Source: Candidatus Bathyarchaeota archaeon
GTDB lineage: Archaea > Thermoproteota > Bathyarchaeia > 40CM-2-53-6
Direction: 5' to 3'
Length of the DNA stretch: 64,000 bases
Assembly (NCBI GenBank): GCA_963733055.1
Contig: CAVTBR010000001.1
Span: 768,001-832,000 of the forward strand
Positions 40,090-49,971 of this stretch are shown in pieces (position 1 is the first letter of the stretch; each line of letters begins with the position of its first letter). The position numbers and the translations under genes are program-made. The notes beneath the pieces are model-generated. The model had not been told where the DNA came from and made no database searches. It saw only the letters and a program-made list of their open reading frames with translations.

Positions 40090-41022
40090 ATGCCTAGATA
40101 CTCGCACGTTATCCAAATTCAAGAGGCTGAGCCAAAAGGGAAACCGGATTGGCTGCGTGTGAGGGCTCCGTCGGGCGACAATTACGCGAAAATCAAAGAC
40201 CTCCTACGAAATCATAACCTCCACACCGTCTGTGAGGAAGCTCACTGCCCGAACGTGGCTGAATGTTGGGGCGGAGGAACGGCCACATTCATGCTCATGG
40301 GCGACACATGTACCCGCGGCTGCCGGTTCTGCATGGTCAAGACAGGAAACCCTCATGGTACCCTGGATGCCCTTGAACCTGTGAAGGTTGCGGAAGCGAT
40401 AGCGGACTTGGGCTTAAGGTATGTCGTGATAACTTCGGTTGATAGAGATGACATTCCAGACGGCGGGGCCGACCACTTCGCATCTACCATCAAAGCCATC
40501 AAACAGAGAGACCCCGAGGTAATCACCGAGGTCCTCATTCCTGATTTCCAAGGCGACTTCGCAAGCGTGGACAAGGTGATCGAGGCGGGACCCGAAGTCA
40601 TTGCGCATAACATCGAAACCACCGAACCATTAACGCCAAAAGTGCGAGACCCAAGGGCAACCTACGAACAGTCGCTTCGAGTTCTCAAGCACATCAAGGA
40701 GGTAGGCTCGTCAGTGTACTCGAAATCATCCATTATGCTCGGCTTGGGCGAGATCGAGAGCGATGTCGTCAAGACGATGGAGGACTTGCGGCGAGTAGAT
40801 GTCGACATCCTAACCCTCGGACAGTACCTTCGACCATCGAAGGGCCACATTCCAGTAAGCGAATACGTCAGCCCAGAGAGGTTCGAACACTACAAACATC
40901 TCGCCGACGACCTAGGATTCTTGTACGTCGCCTCCGGCCCGTTCGTCAGGAGCTCATACAGAGCCGGGGAGTTCTTCGTCGAGGCGCTAATTCGTAAGAA
41001 GAAAATGGAAGTTGTCAGCTGA
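40090..41022 (+). CDS. lipA: Lipoyl synthase
   Basis: KPDWLR, CEEAHCPNVAEC, CTRGCRFC, VRSSY. Confidence 0.97.
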   Translation: MPRYSHVIQIQEAEPKGKPDWLRVRAPSGDNYAKIKDLLRNHNLHTVCEEAHCPNVAECWGGGTATFMLMGDTCTRGCRFCMVKTGNPHGTLDALEPVKVAEAIADLGLRYVVITSVDRDDIPDGGADHFASTIKAIKQRDPEVITEVLIPDFQGDFASVDKVIEAGPEVIAHNIETTEPLTPKVRDPRATYEQSLRVLKHIKEVGSSVYSKSSIMLGLGEIESDVVKTMEDLRRVDVDILTLGQYLRPSKGHIPVSEYVSPERFEHYKHLADDLGFLYVASGPFVRSSYRAGEFFVEALIRKKKMEVVS

Positions 41023-41137
41023 GCTTTAACAAGCTTGACGCAAGCATCGTGTGAAACAGTCTAGTGTAAGAGCAAGCTTTACAAGCCCTAGTTCGGCTCT
41101 GCCTTCCGTTTCACGCAGCCTCAATAGGGGTTAAGGT

Positions 41138-42226
41138 TTGACTCTCGAGTTACTGCAGGTTATCAAGCCTAGCGGTGAGCCAATCGCGAATATGGAGCCA
41201 GACATCTCCAAAGACGAGTTGAGGCGGCTCTACCGTGTAATGGTTCTGACGAGAAACCTGGATACTCGCGGATTACAATTACAACGACAGGGGCGTATAG
41301 GGTTCTACATCGGGTGTTTAGGGCAGGAAGCAGCGCACATTGGAAGCGCCTATGCTTTGAAACCGGAGGACTGGGTTTTCCCCGCATACAGAGAAATAGG
41401 TTCAATGCTCCTGCGTGGCATTACACTCAATCAACTTCTCGACCAATACTTTGCGAACGCGGAAGATGTTCAGAAAGGTCGGCAGTTAACCAATCTCTTA
41501 GGCGTCAAGACCCTAAACTACGTTACAGGATCGGCACCTATAGCCACACAAATTCCACACGCCGTTGGCGCCGCCCTCGCAGCTAAGCTGAGAGGAGATC
41601 CGATCGTGACGCTAACCTATTTTGGAGATGGGGGGACATCTGAAAATGATTTCCACGCAGGAATGAATTTCGCCGGTGTATACAAGACCCCAACCGTATT
41701 CTTCTGCCTAAACAATCATTGGGCAATTTCCCTTCCGGTTGAGCGACAAACCGCCTCTGAAACTATAGCAATCAAGGCCCAGGCTTACGGTTTCGAAGGT
41801 GTTCGCGTCGACGGAAATGATATTCTCGCTGTCTATCGCACCACGAAAGAAGCGGTTGAAAAAGCCCGGAAGGGAGAAGGCCCAACTCTCATTGAAGCCG
41901 TCACCTACCGCATGGGCGCACACTCATCTTCGGATGATCCAAAACGCTACAGATCAGAACAAGAGCTCGAGGAATGGCAGAAACGGGATCCGCTTGTGCG
42001 ATTCCGAAAGTATCTGGAGAGGAAGGGAATTTGGAGCGAGGCAGACGAAAAGAAGACACAGGATGAGGCAAATCGCGAGATAGATCAAGCGGTTCAGCAC
42101 GCTGAGAAATTACCGAAACCCGCCCTCGAAACTCTATTCACCGACGTGTACGCCGAAATGCCGTGGCATCTCGAAGAACAATTGAAAGGGCTGCGGGAAG
42201 AGAAGCAGCAGAGGGACAATAGTTGA
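41138..42226 (+). CDS. pdhA: 2-oxoacid dehydrogenase E1 alpha (pyruvate or branched-chain)
   Basis: RQGRIGFY, GDGGTSE...NN TPP motif, HSSSDDP. Confidence 0.9.
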   Translation: MTLELLQVIKPSGEPIANMEPDISKDELRRLYRVMVLTRNLDTRGLQLQRQGRIGFYIGCLGQEAAHIGSAYALKPEDWVFPAYREIGSMLLRGITLNQLLDQYFANAEDVQKGRQLTNLLGVKTLNYVTGSAPIATQIPHAVGAALAAKLRGDPIVTLTYFGDGGTSENDFHAGMNFAGVYKTPTVFFCLNNHWAISLPVERQTASETIAIKAQAYGFEGVRVDGNDILAVYRTTKEAVEKARKGEGPTLIEAVTYRMGAHSSSDDPKRYRSEQELEEWQKRDPLVRFRKYLERKGIWSEADEKKTQDEANREIDQAVQHAEKLPKPALETLFTDVYAEMPWHLEEQLKGLREEKQQRDNS

Positions 42227-43197
42227 CTGTTCTGAACGTGGTTCAAGCCGTCAACCACGCGTTACGGGAAGAGATGGCGCGAAATGACAAGGTCATAGTT
42301 CTCGGGGAAGACGTTGGCATCGACGGCGGTGTCTTTCGAGCAACTGAAGGATTAATCAAAGAATTTGGCCCAAACCGAGTCATCGACACCCCCCTCTCCG
42401 AGTCAGGAATCATAGGAGTCTCCATCGGGATGGCTCTCTTTGGATTGAGACCTGTATCAGAGATTCAGTTCATGGACTTCATTTATCCAGGGTTCGACCA
42501 AATCCAAAGCGAACTTTCAAAGTTCAGATACAGATCCGGAGGCCAATTCACAACCCCCGTCGTGATCAGAACTCCCTACGGGGGAGGTATCAGAGGCAGC
42601 CACTACCACTCTCAAAGCACTGAAGCATTCTTCGCCCACACGCCCGGGCTTAAAGTTGTGATTCCGGCAACACCCTACGACGCAAAAGGCCTCCTTACAT
42701 CCGCCATGCGCGATCCGGATCCTGTCATATTCCTTGAACCCAAGAAAATCTATCGGACAGTCCGCGGAGAGGTTCCCGATGAGGAATATACGGTCCCAAT
42801 AGGTAAGGCCAACATCGCCCGCGAGGGTAATGATGTAGTCGTGTTCGCGTATGGTGCTATGCTTCACGTGGCTATGGAAGCCGCGGAACTTGCGGCAGCA
42901 AAAGGCGTCAATGTAGAAGTGGTTGACATTAGAACCATCGCACCCTTCGACATTGAAACAATCATCAATTCGGCTAAGAAAACGGGAAGGGTAGTGATTC
43001 TGCACGAGGCATGCAAGACCGGCGGGTTCGGCGCTGAGATAGCGGCGCAGATTGCGGAACGTTGCATTCTAAGTTTGAAGGCGCCTATCCTACGGGTAGC
43101 AGGCTTCGACGTCCCATTCCCATACGTTCTCGAAGACGAATACATGCCCAACGCCAACCGCGTCCTAACAGCAATCGAAAAAGTCCACAACTTCTAA
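42223..43197 (+). CDS. pdhB: 2-oxoacid dehydrogenase E1 beta
   Basis: GEDVG...GGVFRAT, DTPLSE, EIQF, HSQS. Confidence 0.9.
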   Translation: MTVLNVVQAVNHALREEMARNDKVIVLGEDVGIDGGVFRATEGLIKEFGPNRVIDTPLSESGIIGVSIGMALFGLRPVSEIQFMDFIYPGFDQIQSELSKFRYRSGGQFTTPVVIRTPYGGGIRGSHYHSQSTEAFFAHTPGLKVVIPATPYDAKGLLTSAMRDPDPVIFLEPKKIYRTVRGEVPDEEYTVPIGKANIAREGNDVVVFAYGAMLHVAMEAAELAAAKGVNVEVVDIRTIAPFDIETIINSAKKTGRVVILHEACKTGGFGAEIAAQIAERCILSLKAPILRVAGFDVPFPYVLEDEYMPNANRVLTAIEKVHNF

Positions 43198-43217
43198 CCA
43201 GGAAATAGTGATACTGA

Positions 43218-44474
43218 TTGGTCTACGAGTTCCGCCTTCCAGACATAGGTGAAGGCGTAGCTGAAGGCGAAGTTGTAAAATGGCTGGTAAAGGAAGGAGA
43301 CTCGGTAAAGGAGAACCAGCCCCTCGTCGAAATCATGACCGATAAGGTCAACGTAGAAATCCCCTCCCCCAAGCAAGGAATAATCCAGAAACTCATGGCC
43401 AAAGAGGGCGAAGTCGTCAAGGTAGGACAAGCTCTCCTCGCAATAGAAGAAAAAGGTGGACAACCAAGCGCTCCGGGATCAGAAAAAGCACCCGCTCCCA
43501 CGAAAGCAGCTCCCACTATATCTGCGAAAACACCCACGGTTTCTAGGCCACAAGAAATCCAAACAACAACTCCCCCTCAAGTTTCACGAAAACCCTCAGA
43601 AGTCTTGGCGACGCCTGCGACTCGAAAGCTTGCGAGAGATCTTGGTGTAGACCTATCTGTTGTTCAGGGAAGTGGCCGCGGCGGCCGAATTACAGACGAA
43701 GATGTGCAACGCTTCAAACAGCTAGGGGGAGCGGTCGCCGCTATAGCTGTGACCACTTCTGGGCCGCGCGGCGTTGAGGAGCGAGTTCCGTTACGAGGAA
43801 TTCGACGAAAAGTTGCGGAACACATGCTCAAATCCAAGAATGCGGCGGCACAAGTAACCCATGTGGACGAAGTTGACATGACCGAAGTCGTCCATCTGAG
43901 AGAGAGGGCGAAAGCTTCAGCTGAGAAGCGTGGAGTAAAGTTGACTTACCTGCCTTTCGTCATGAAGGCCCTAATTCCGGCACTGAAGCAGTACCCGTAC
44001 CTTAACTCCAGCTTGGATGACGAGAAACAGGAGATAGTGCTCAAGAAATACTACAACATCGGTATAGCGACCGACACTGAGCAGGGGTTAATGGTTCCTG
44101 TGGTCAAGGACGCCGACCACAGATCGATAACGCAACTCGCCACAGAAATCGCGACCCTTAGCGAGAAAGCCCACACAGGACAGCTGGCTTTAAATGAAGT
44201 TCAGGGAAGCACCTTTACAATAACCAACGTAGGCGGAATCGGCGGAGTGTTCGCTACTCCAATAATCAATTACCCAGAAGTCGCCATACTCGGACTCCAT
44301 AAAATCACCAAACGCCCTATCGTCAAGGACAACCAAATCACAATCCGTGAGATGACCTACCTCTCCCTATCCTTCGACCATAGAGTACTAGACGGCGCAA
44401 TGGCAGCCCGGTTCGTAAACGCAATCAAACAATACCTAGAGGATCCGAAACTCCTTCTGCTCGAAACCGACTAA
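43218..44474 (+). CDS. pdhC: Dihydrolipoamide acyltransferase E2
   Basis: Lipoyl domain MTDKV, E3-binding ATPATRKLA...GRGGRI, SFDHRVLDG. Confidence 0.92.
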   Translation: MVYEFRLPDIGEGVAEGEVVKWLVKEGDSVKENQPLVEIMTDKVNVEIPSPKQGIIQKLMAKEGEVVKVGQALLAIEEKGGQPSAPGSEKAPAPTKAAPTISAKTPTVSRPQEIQTTTPPQVSRKPSEVLATPATRKLARDLGVDLSVVQGSGRGGRITDEDVQRFKQLGGAVAAIAVTTSGPRGVEERVPLRGIRRKVAEHMLKSKNAAAQVTHVDEVDMTEVVHLRERAKASAEKRGVKLTYLPFVMKALIPALKQYPYLNSSLDDEKQEIVLKKYYNIGIATDTEQGLMVPVVKDADHRSITQLATEIATLSEKAHTGQLALNEVQGSTFTITNVGGIGGVFATPIINYPEVAILGLHKITKRPIVKDNQITIREMTYLSLSFDHRVLDGAMAARFVNAIKQYLEDPKLLLLETD

Positions 44475-44537
44475 ACGACAGTTGTACGTGCGAGTTTCGT
44501 CTTCTCATCACGATTATATAGTGCTCATCTCGGAGCG

Positions 44538-44798
44538 GTGGACAGCGAAGTGAGCGTCTTGTCAAGGAGACCTGAGGGGATGGGTTGGAGAGTGGCAGTG
44601 TCTATCGTCGCCTTCTTCGGCTCAATAATAGCTGTTATACTGTGGCTATTCTTCTACGCAGGGAGCTTCAACGTGTATCAGAACCTCGCTGTCGTTGTTG
44701 TGATCTTCCTAGCCTTCATCGCAGTGATGGGCGCAACATGGGCCCCCTGGGGCATGAAGCAAGCAGCCTGGTGGACCGACAGAACCAACACTCCGTAA
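44538..44798 (+). CDS. Small 2-TM membrane protein
   Basis: 86 aa with two hydrophobic helices. Confidence 0.65.
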   Translation: MDSEVSVLSRRPEGMGWRVAVSIVAFFGSIIAVILWLFFYAGSFNVYQNLAVVVVIFLAFIAVMGATWAPWGMKQAAWWTDRTNTP

Positions 44799-45017
44799 AG
44801 ACAGAAACGACTGTCCAACCCAGATAACCACTAGCTCGTTCCAGCGAAGGCAGTAGCATACTTGTTGCTTGCAATGGTTGCTTAATCGAGAACACGATGA
44901 GGAACGAACGCCTCGCGTGTGGGGGTCTAGTGGTGCGCACACACACAAAACTCCACCTACAATTACCGTGGCCCAACAGGCCAATAGATTTGTTAGTCGC
45001 ATAGATTCGACGAAAAC

Positions 45018-45443
45018 ATGGAAGATATCATCAAGAGATTTAACGAGTGTTCATGGACATATGCAACCGCAACTCTGCACAGAATACATTTTTCGCCGCC
45101 TTCAGAAACATTTACGAGTCACCAATCGTGCCTGGTTATGGAGAGAGTGGATGGAGGGAAAGAAATGGTGCTCCCCCGCTATATTGGACGCGACGTCAAT
45201 CTCAAAGAAGTTCGCGCCGTTGCAGATCTGGCAAGGTTCGAGAATTGGGATGACATATTGCATTTCGTGTTACCGAGACTCCAAGACGAAACTCCACGTC
45301 ATGAAGCTGCCTCTAAAGAAAGCATGAGGCGCATCGTATCAAGAAAGTTAGCCAAACTGTCACCTTGCCTAGCATTGATCGGATTAGTCAGCGTCGTTTT
45401 AGCAGCTGTTGCGTTTAGACGCCGAAAGTCTAGTCGACAATAG
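45018..45443 (+). CDS. Hypothetical protein with C-terminal membrane anchor
   Basis: 141 aa; LALIGLVSVVLAAVAF followed by RRRK. Confidence 0.4.
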   Translation: MEDIIKRFNECSWTYATATLHRIHFSPPSETFTSHQSCLVMERVDGGKEMVLPRYIGRDVNLKEVRAVADLARFENWDDILHFVLPRLQDETPRHEAASKESMRRIVSRKLAKLSPCLALIGLVSVVLAAVAFRRRKSSRQ

Positions 45444-45686
45444 TCTGCTTTTTCGATTTTGATACGACTGCTTGCCTAACTCCTTCTAGAGGAGACGAGA
45501 GAAGATCTCGATGAACGAAACCGTGGAATTACCAGCAATACAGCGTCAATGAAATTCAAGAGCAAACTAAGCAATGAAATCTTATCATTCACGTATCGCG
45601 TCACACAGTCGTGTATCGTTCTGCTAGGTATATTTGCGGGTGGGTAATACGCAGAATCTGTTTTCTGGGGGGGGGGGTGGTATTAG

Positions 45687-45711
45687 TGGTGCGAGCACCG
45701 CAATTTGAACC
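45687..45711 (-). repeat. Degenerate tRNA 3'-end fragment (Gly-like) with CCA
   Basis: Minus strand GGTTCAAATTGCGGTGCTCGCACCA. Confidence 0.55.
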
Positions 45712-45751
45712 ATCGTTTTTCACGCATAAAGGTCAAATCGAAAGCCTTAGG

Positions 45752-46522
45752 TTGTTGAATACAGGATTCCCCATAGAGCAAGAAGAGTTGTCCAGTCCTC
45801 TAGCTGTGCCAATCATAGAGCAGCTCGTCCCAGGCGGATTTGGTTATGGCATGAACATGCTAATCGAATTTGATCCTAAATCCATATGGTACGAAACATC
45901 GCTAACGATCGCGGCCCATGCATTGCGTAGCGGCATAAGGACCGACTACCATACCTTTCAGCATTACCCGACCGAGGTTCTGGAAAGCCTAACCAAGTTT
46001 GGGGTAGACATTGAGAAATTGCAGAAAGAGGGTACACTGAGCATAATTGACAGCTACACAATCCAGCTTGGATTGGGAGCACCCAAGACCCCCACGGGCC
46101 GAGTCCAATTCCCTACTCAATCAGTAAAACTGTCGGATTGGAGTATTTCGCTCTCACAAGAAATGAAAACTGGAGCCCCTGAGGCTGAGAAGAGACGGTT
46201 GCATATTGATGATAATACTTCCGTTCTGCTTCAATATAACGATGAGAAACAATTCATAGATGTGTGGCGAACCCGCGCCGTTCCCATGGCTAGAGGTCGC
46301 CAACTTGCATTGTTGCATTCCTTGGTAACTGGAGTTTACTCGGAAGCATTCTCTCGCCAGTTCGAATCCATCGCGGACGGAATCATTGAACTAAAGAGCG
46401 AAGATAAGGGCGGCGAAATCGAACATTCCATTAGAGTTAGGGCGGTTCGTGGCAAGAATTACGATTCGCGATGGCATAAGCTCCAACGACTGGATAACGG
46501 CGAAGTCACATTAGCCAAATAG
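45752..46522 (+). CDS. KaiC/RAD55-like RecA-fold protein with degenerate Walker A; start uncertain
   Basis: IEQLVPGG...LIEFDPKS, IIDSYT, ESIADGIIEL, IRVRAVRG. Confidence 0.75.
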   Translation: MLNTGFPIEQEELSSPLAVPIIEQLVPGGFGYGMNMLIEFDPKSIWYETSLTIAAHALRSGIRTDYHTFQHYPTEVLESLTKFGVDIEKLQKEGTLSIIDSYTIQLGLGAPKTPTGRVQFPTQSVKLSDWSISLSQEMKTGAPEAEKRRLHIDDNTSVLLQYNDEKQFIDVWRTRAVPMARGRQLALLHSLVTGVYSEAFSRQFESIADGIIELKSEDKGGEIEHSIRVRAVRGKNYDSRWHKLQRLDNGEVTLAK

Positions 46523-46603
46523 GTTTCTAGAAGTAACCTAGATGGTGCGGTGCGGCAAGCAAATTCGATCTGGACTGGTTTTCGCGTGTGTGTGTGGGTC
46601 TAG

Positions 46604-46627
46604 TGGTGCGGGCGACTGAATTTGAAC
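46604..46627 (-). repeat. Degenerate tRNA 3'-end fragment (Gly-like) with CCA
   Basis: Minus strand GTTCAAATTCAGTCGCCCGCACCA. Confidence 0.55.
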
Positions 46628-46816
46628 TCGTCTTCTTAAGACTGCAATTAAACTAAGTGGACCAGAGTAACGTAGCTTTGTCATCCGTCGATATTTCTGC
46701 GTGCAATCGAGTAGGTTGAAGGTAGTCCATAGTACGGGCGATTCTATCTCCTATCTTCAGGAACATTAATTTTAATCCATGATTTCGCTTCATAAATCTG
46801 AATTTAGGGGTTAAGA

Positions 46817-48208
46817 ATGGCACAGAAGTCCGAAGCGGTTGTGCTTGGGAGTGGGCCAGGAGGCTACGTTGCGGCCATTAGACTTGGGCAGCTCGGAAAG
46901 GAAACGGTTCTCATAGAGAGAGAGAAACTAGGCGGGGTATGCCTAAACATCGGATGCATACCCTCGAAGGCACTGATCCGCATCGCGAAGTTAAAACAGC
47001 GGGTAGAGGCTGCGAAACAGATTGGCTTAGAGGCAACTGGAGTCCATGTAGATTTTCCTAAAGTGCAAGCGTGGAAACAGGGGGTAGTAGATCGACTAGT
47101 ATCCGGTATCGATTACCTACTCAAAGGAAACAATGTCAAGCTCGTGAAAGGAACCGGGAAATTCATTGACGCTCACCAGCTCGAAATCAAGAGCGAGAGT
47201 GGGACAGAAGTCATTGAAGCGAAGGACATAATCATAGCAACGGGTTCGCGTTACTTCGATCTTCCCGCTTTCAAGTTCAACGGAACCAGCATAATCAGCT
47301 CAACCGAAGCGCTTTCGCTTCAAGAAGTCCCCAAGAAGTTGGCCATAATCGGAGGGGGCGTGTCTGGGTTGGAGATGGGAACTATGTACGCCCAACTTGG
47401 GACGAAGGTAACCGTAATTGAAATGTTAGACCAACTCCTCCCCGGAACCGACATCGACCTAGTCAGGATCGTCGAAAGGTCACTTCGAAAACTTGGCATC
47501 GAATACCACGTCAAATCCAAGGCCAAGGAGTTCCACGACGGGAAGATCTACGCAACCCTAGAGGACGGAAAGGAAGGCGCATTTGACGCTGACAAGGTCT
47601 TGGTCACCGTGGGCAGACGCCCAAACAGCGACGATATCGGTTTGGAGAAGGTTGGGGTCCAGCTTGATTCGCACGGGTTCATTCAAGTCAACAAGAAAAT
47701 GCAAACCAACGTACCGGGGGTCTACGCGATAGGGGACGTGGTAGGTCCTCCCATGCTCGCGCACAAAGCCTCCAAAGAAGGAATAGTGGCCGCGGAGGTT
47801 ATTGCGGGAATGAGCAGTGAAGCTGACTTTCACGCAATCCCAGGAGTCATATTCACCGATCCCGAAATCGCAACCGTCGGCCTCACCGAGTCACAAGCGA
47901 AAGAAAAAGGGTACGATCCAATCGTTGGAAAGTTTCCATTCACAGCCCTGGGACGCGCACTCCTAGCTGGCGAAACTGAAGGATTCGCCAAGATAGTGGC
48001 GGACAAGAGCTCTGATCTGGTTCTCGGCGTCCACATAGTTGGCTCGGAAGCCTCAGACCTAATCAGCGAAGCAGCTCTCGCTATAGAAATGGGAGCAACA
48101 CTAGAAGACATTGGACTCACAGTTCACCCCCACCCCACTTTACCGGAAGGCGTGATGGAGGCGGCGGAAGCAGCAAAAGGAAAAGCGATTCACATCCTAC
48201 AAAAATGA
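46817..48208 (+). CDS. lpdA: Dihydrolipoamide dehydrogenase E3
   Basis: GSGPGGY, GGVCLNIGCIPSK, LAHKA, HPHPTLPE. Confidence 0.97.
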   Translation: MAQKSEAVVLGSGPGGYVAAIRLGQLGKETVLIEREKLGGVCLNIGCIPSKALIRIAKLKQRVEAAKQIGLEATGVHVDFPKVQAWKQGVVDRLVSGIDYLLKGNNVKLVKGTGKFIDAHQLEIKSESGTEVIEAKDIIIATGSRYFDLPAFKFNGTSIISSTEALSLQEVPKKLAIIGGGVSGLEMGTMYAQLGTKVTVIEMLDQLLPGTDIDLVRIVERSLRKLGIEYHVKSKAKEFHDGKIYATLEDGKEGAFDADKVLVTVGRRPNSDDIGLEKVGVQLDSHGFIQVNKKMQTNVPGVYAIGDVVGPPMLAHKASKEGIVAAEVIAGMSSEADFHAIPGVIFTDPEIATVGLTESQAKEKGYDPIVGKFPFTALGRALLAGETEGFAKIVADKSSDLVLGVHIVGSEASDLISEAALAIEMGATLEDIGLTVHPHPTLPEGVMEAAEAAKGKAIHILQK

Positions 48209-48869
48209 CAACGAAAGGAAACCTACTCGACCTCGGCCAACGAGAGTACAATGAAGTATGGAAACTCCAGCGCAAGCTCGTTGATCTCCGCCGAGGAAAC
48301 TGATCCCAGACAGCCTAATCCTTGTGGAGCACCCACACGTCTTCACAGTAGGCAAAGCCGTGTCTGGCGATATTCCTCCACAAATCGATGGCGTCCCAGT
48401 AATCCGAGTAGAGCGGGGTGGTCAGTGGACATATCACGGTTTGGGACAGATCGTGGGCTACCCAATTCTCGACTTGAATGAGAGAGAGCGAGACATTCAT
48501 AGATTCCTGAGAAACATCGAACAAACACTGATTCTGACAATTGGCGAGTTCGGCATAGCCGGGGGGCGAGGGGAGCAGACTGGTGTGTGGGTTGGTAGCA
48601 AGAAGATTGCTTCGATTGGGGCGGCGATTAGAAACTGGGTAAGCTTCCATGGCTTCGCGCTCAACGTGAACACGGACTTGAGTTACTTCTACAAGATTAA
48701 CCCGTGCGGGTTCTCTGGTTCAACCATGACCTCGATGAAAGCCCTGCTTGGCAGAGAACTGAAGCTCCGTGAGGTAAAAGAACAAGTTCGAAGAAGGTTT
48801 GAGGAAATCTTCCATCTTGACCTAGATGAAGCGAGTGTCGATACCCTAGAACAAACTGTGGTTACGTAG
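48205..48869 (+). CDS. lipB: Octanoyltransferase; 1-bp frameshift near 48298
   Basis: MTTKGNLLDLG..YNEVWKLQ / IPDSLILVEHPHVFTVG, RGGQWTYHG, KIASIG, HGFALNV, PCG. Confidence 0.92.
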
Positions 48870-48888
48870 CTCTCCTATTGAATTACAA

Positions 48889-49140
48889 TTACGCTACGTG
48901 ACCGAACTTGTAACTCGCGATTGCCCTACAGTTACCGCATGTCGCGTAACCAAACTTATCAACGGTGAATTTCGTGCGAGATCCACAGGCCTGGCAGATC
49001 CCAGTAAATCCTTTTAGCTTTCCCGAATCCGGGTCCTTTGGCTCCAGCTTCTTTTCCGCGGCTTTCTCCGCGAAAACTTTGGATCGTTTCTGTTCTTCGT
49101 TCAATTTCCGCAGGTATGAGGACGGAAGCTTTCTAGGCAT
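48889..49140 (-). CDS. Small zinc-ribbon protein
   Basis: CQACG...CGNC with a basic N-terminus. Confidence 0.6.
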   Translation of the reverse strand: MPRKLPSSYLRKLNEEQKRSKVFAEKAAEKKLEPKDPDSGKLKGFTGICQACGSRTKFTVDKFGYATCGNCRAIASYKFGHVA

Positions 49141-49212
49141 GGTTATATCATCACCATAACCGTGCCAATATATTGTTTCGATTGCTCCGTCAAACTAAGC
49201 TGAGATCCACGG

Positions 49213-49644
49213 CTAAGCGTGGGCATCTAGTCGACTCAATATGCTGGTATTTGCAGGGAACTTATTGAGAAGTTCCTTGTCCTCGGTAACGAGTCTTGTG
49301 CTTAGCCTTTTGGCGAGAGCCACATAGCAAGCGTCATAGACGGTTATGTCTTCTCTGAGGCTCAGTTGGGCCGACAGCTCAAGTAGTTTCCCTCTAGGCC
49401 TCCATATTTCGAAACGGTACTTACTTAGAGACTTGGCCGCCAACGCGAGATCTGTTTCGTTGAATACGCCGCTGAATCGTAAAGCGTTCGTTACTTCATA
49501 GAATAGGAGCGTTGGGACGGCCAGTCTGAGGCGCCCTGTAGCGAATTCATCTCTCAACCTGATGGCTTGATTGGAGTTCGCTTCAACTAGGAACCATTTG
49601 GTGACGACAGATGAGTCGACTACGTACTCGTCCTTCTTCGCCAC
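49213..49644 (-). CDS. vapC: VapC PIN-domain toxin
   Basis: VVDSSVVTKW, YEVTNAL, TVYDACYVALA, LVTED. Confidence 0.92.
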   Translation of the reverse strand: MAKKDEYVVDSSVVTKWFLVEANSNQAIRLRDEFATGRLRLAVPTLLFYEVTNALRFSGVFNETDLALAAKSLSKYRFEIWRPRGKLLELSAQLSLREDITVYDACYVALAKRLSTRLVTEDKELLNKFPANTSILSRLDAHA

Positions 49645-49865
49645 TGCTTTATCACTCGCAAGCTGTTCCAGTCCTTGGGCGCCGCGCGTTTCACCCTTTC
49701 ATTCAGAATGATCGCTTCCGCCATGTCGCTCTGACCTTCCTCCTCAATCCTCTGACGTATCATCTCCCTGATTACTTGGCTCCAGTTCTCCTCGGACTTG
49801 GTCATCTTTTCCTTTAACGCCGAAGGGAGAGTTATCGTAGTTCTGACGAGTTTTTCAGTTCCCAT
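49620..49865 (-). CDS. RHH/CopG-like antitoxin
   Basis: RTTITLP..LKEKM...NWSQVIREMI; overlaps vapC. Confidence 0.8.
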   Translation of the reverse strand: MGTEKLVRTTITLPSALKEKMTKSEENWSQVIREMIRQRIEEEGQSDMAEAIILNERVKRAAPKDWNSLRVIKQWRRRTST

Positions 49866-49870
49866 TATCA

Positions 49871-49900
49871 TACCAGTAATACTAGTAATATTATTTGGTA
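49871..49900. promoter_or_regulatory. AT-rich inverted repeat upstream of the antitoxin (possible operator)
   Basis: TACCAGTAATA...TATTATTTGGTA. Confidence 0.45.
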
Positions 49901-49911
49901 CTTAAGCAACT

Positions 49912-49931
49912 CGGCCGGGGGATTCGAACCC
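49912..49931 (-). repeat. tRNA T-arm/3' fragment
   Basis: Minus strand GGGTTCGAATCCCCCGGCCG. Confidence 0.55.
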
Positions 49932-49971
49932 ACCAATATCTTAGGTACAATCACTTTTCGGGCATGAGAAA

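Noticed and set aside
20005-48303. Frameshifts in PAC2 (~20010), the wHTH gene (~37221) and lipB (~48298)
   Set aside because: Single-base indels in short A or C runs with no slippery heptamer plus structure; probably long-read errors.
36060-49931. Intact or split tRNA genes
   Set aside because: Only T-arm/acceptor 3' fragments, mostly degenerate, with no D-arm or anticodon arm and no evident trans-splicing leaders.
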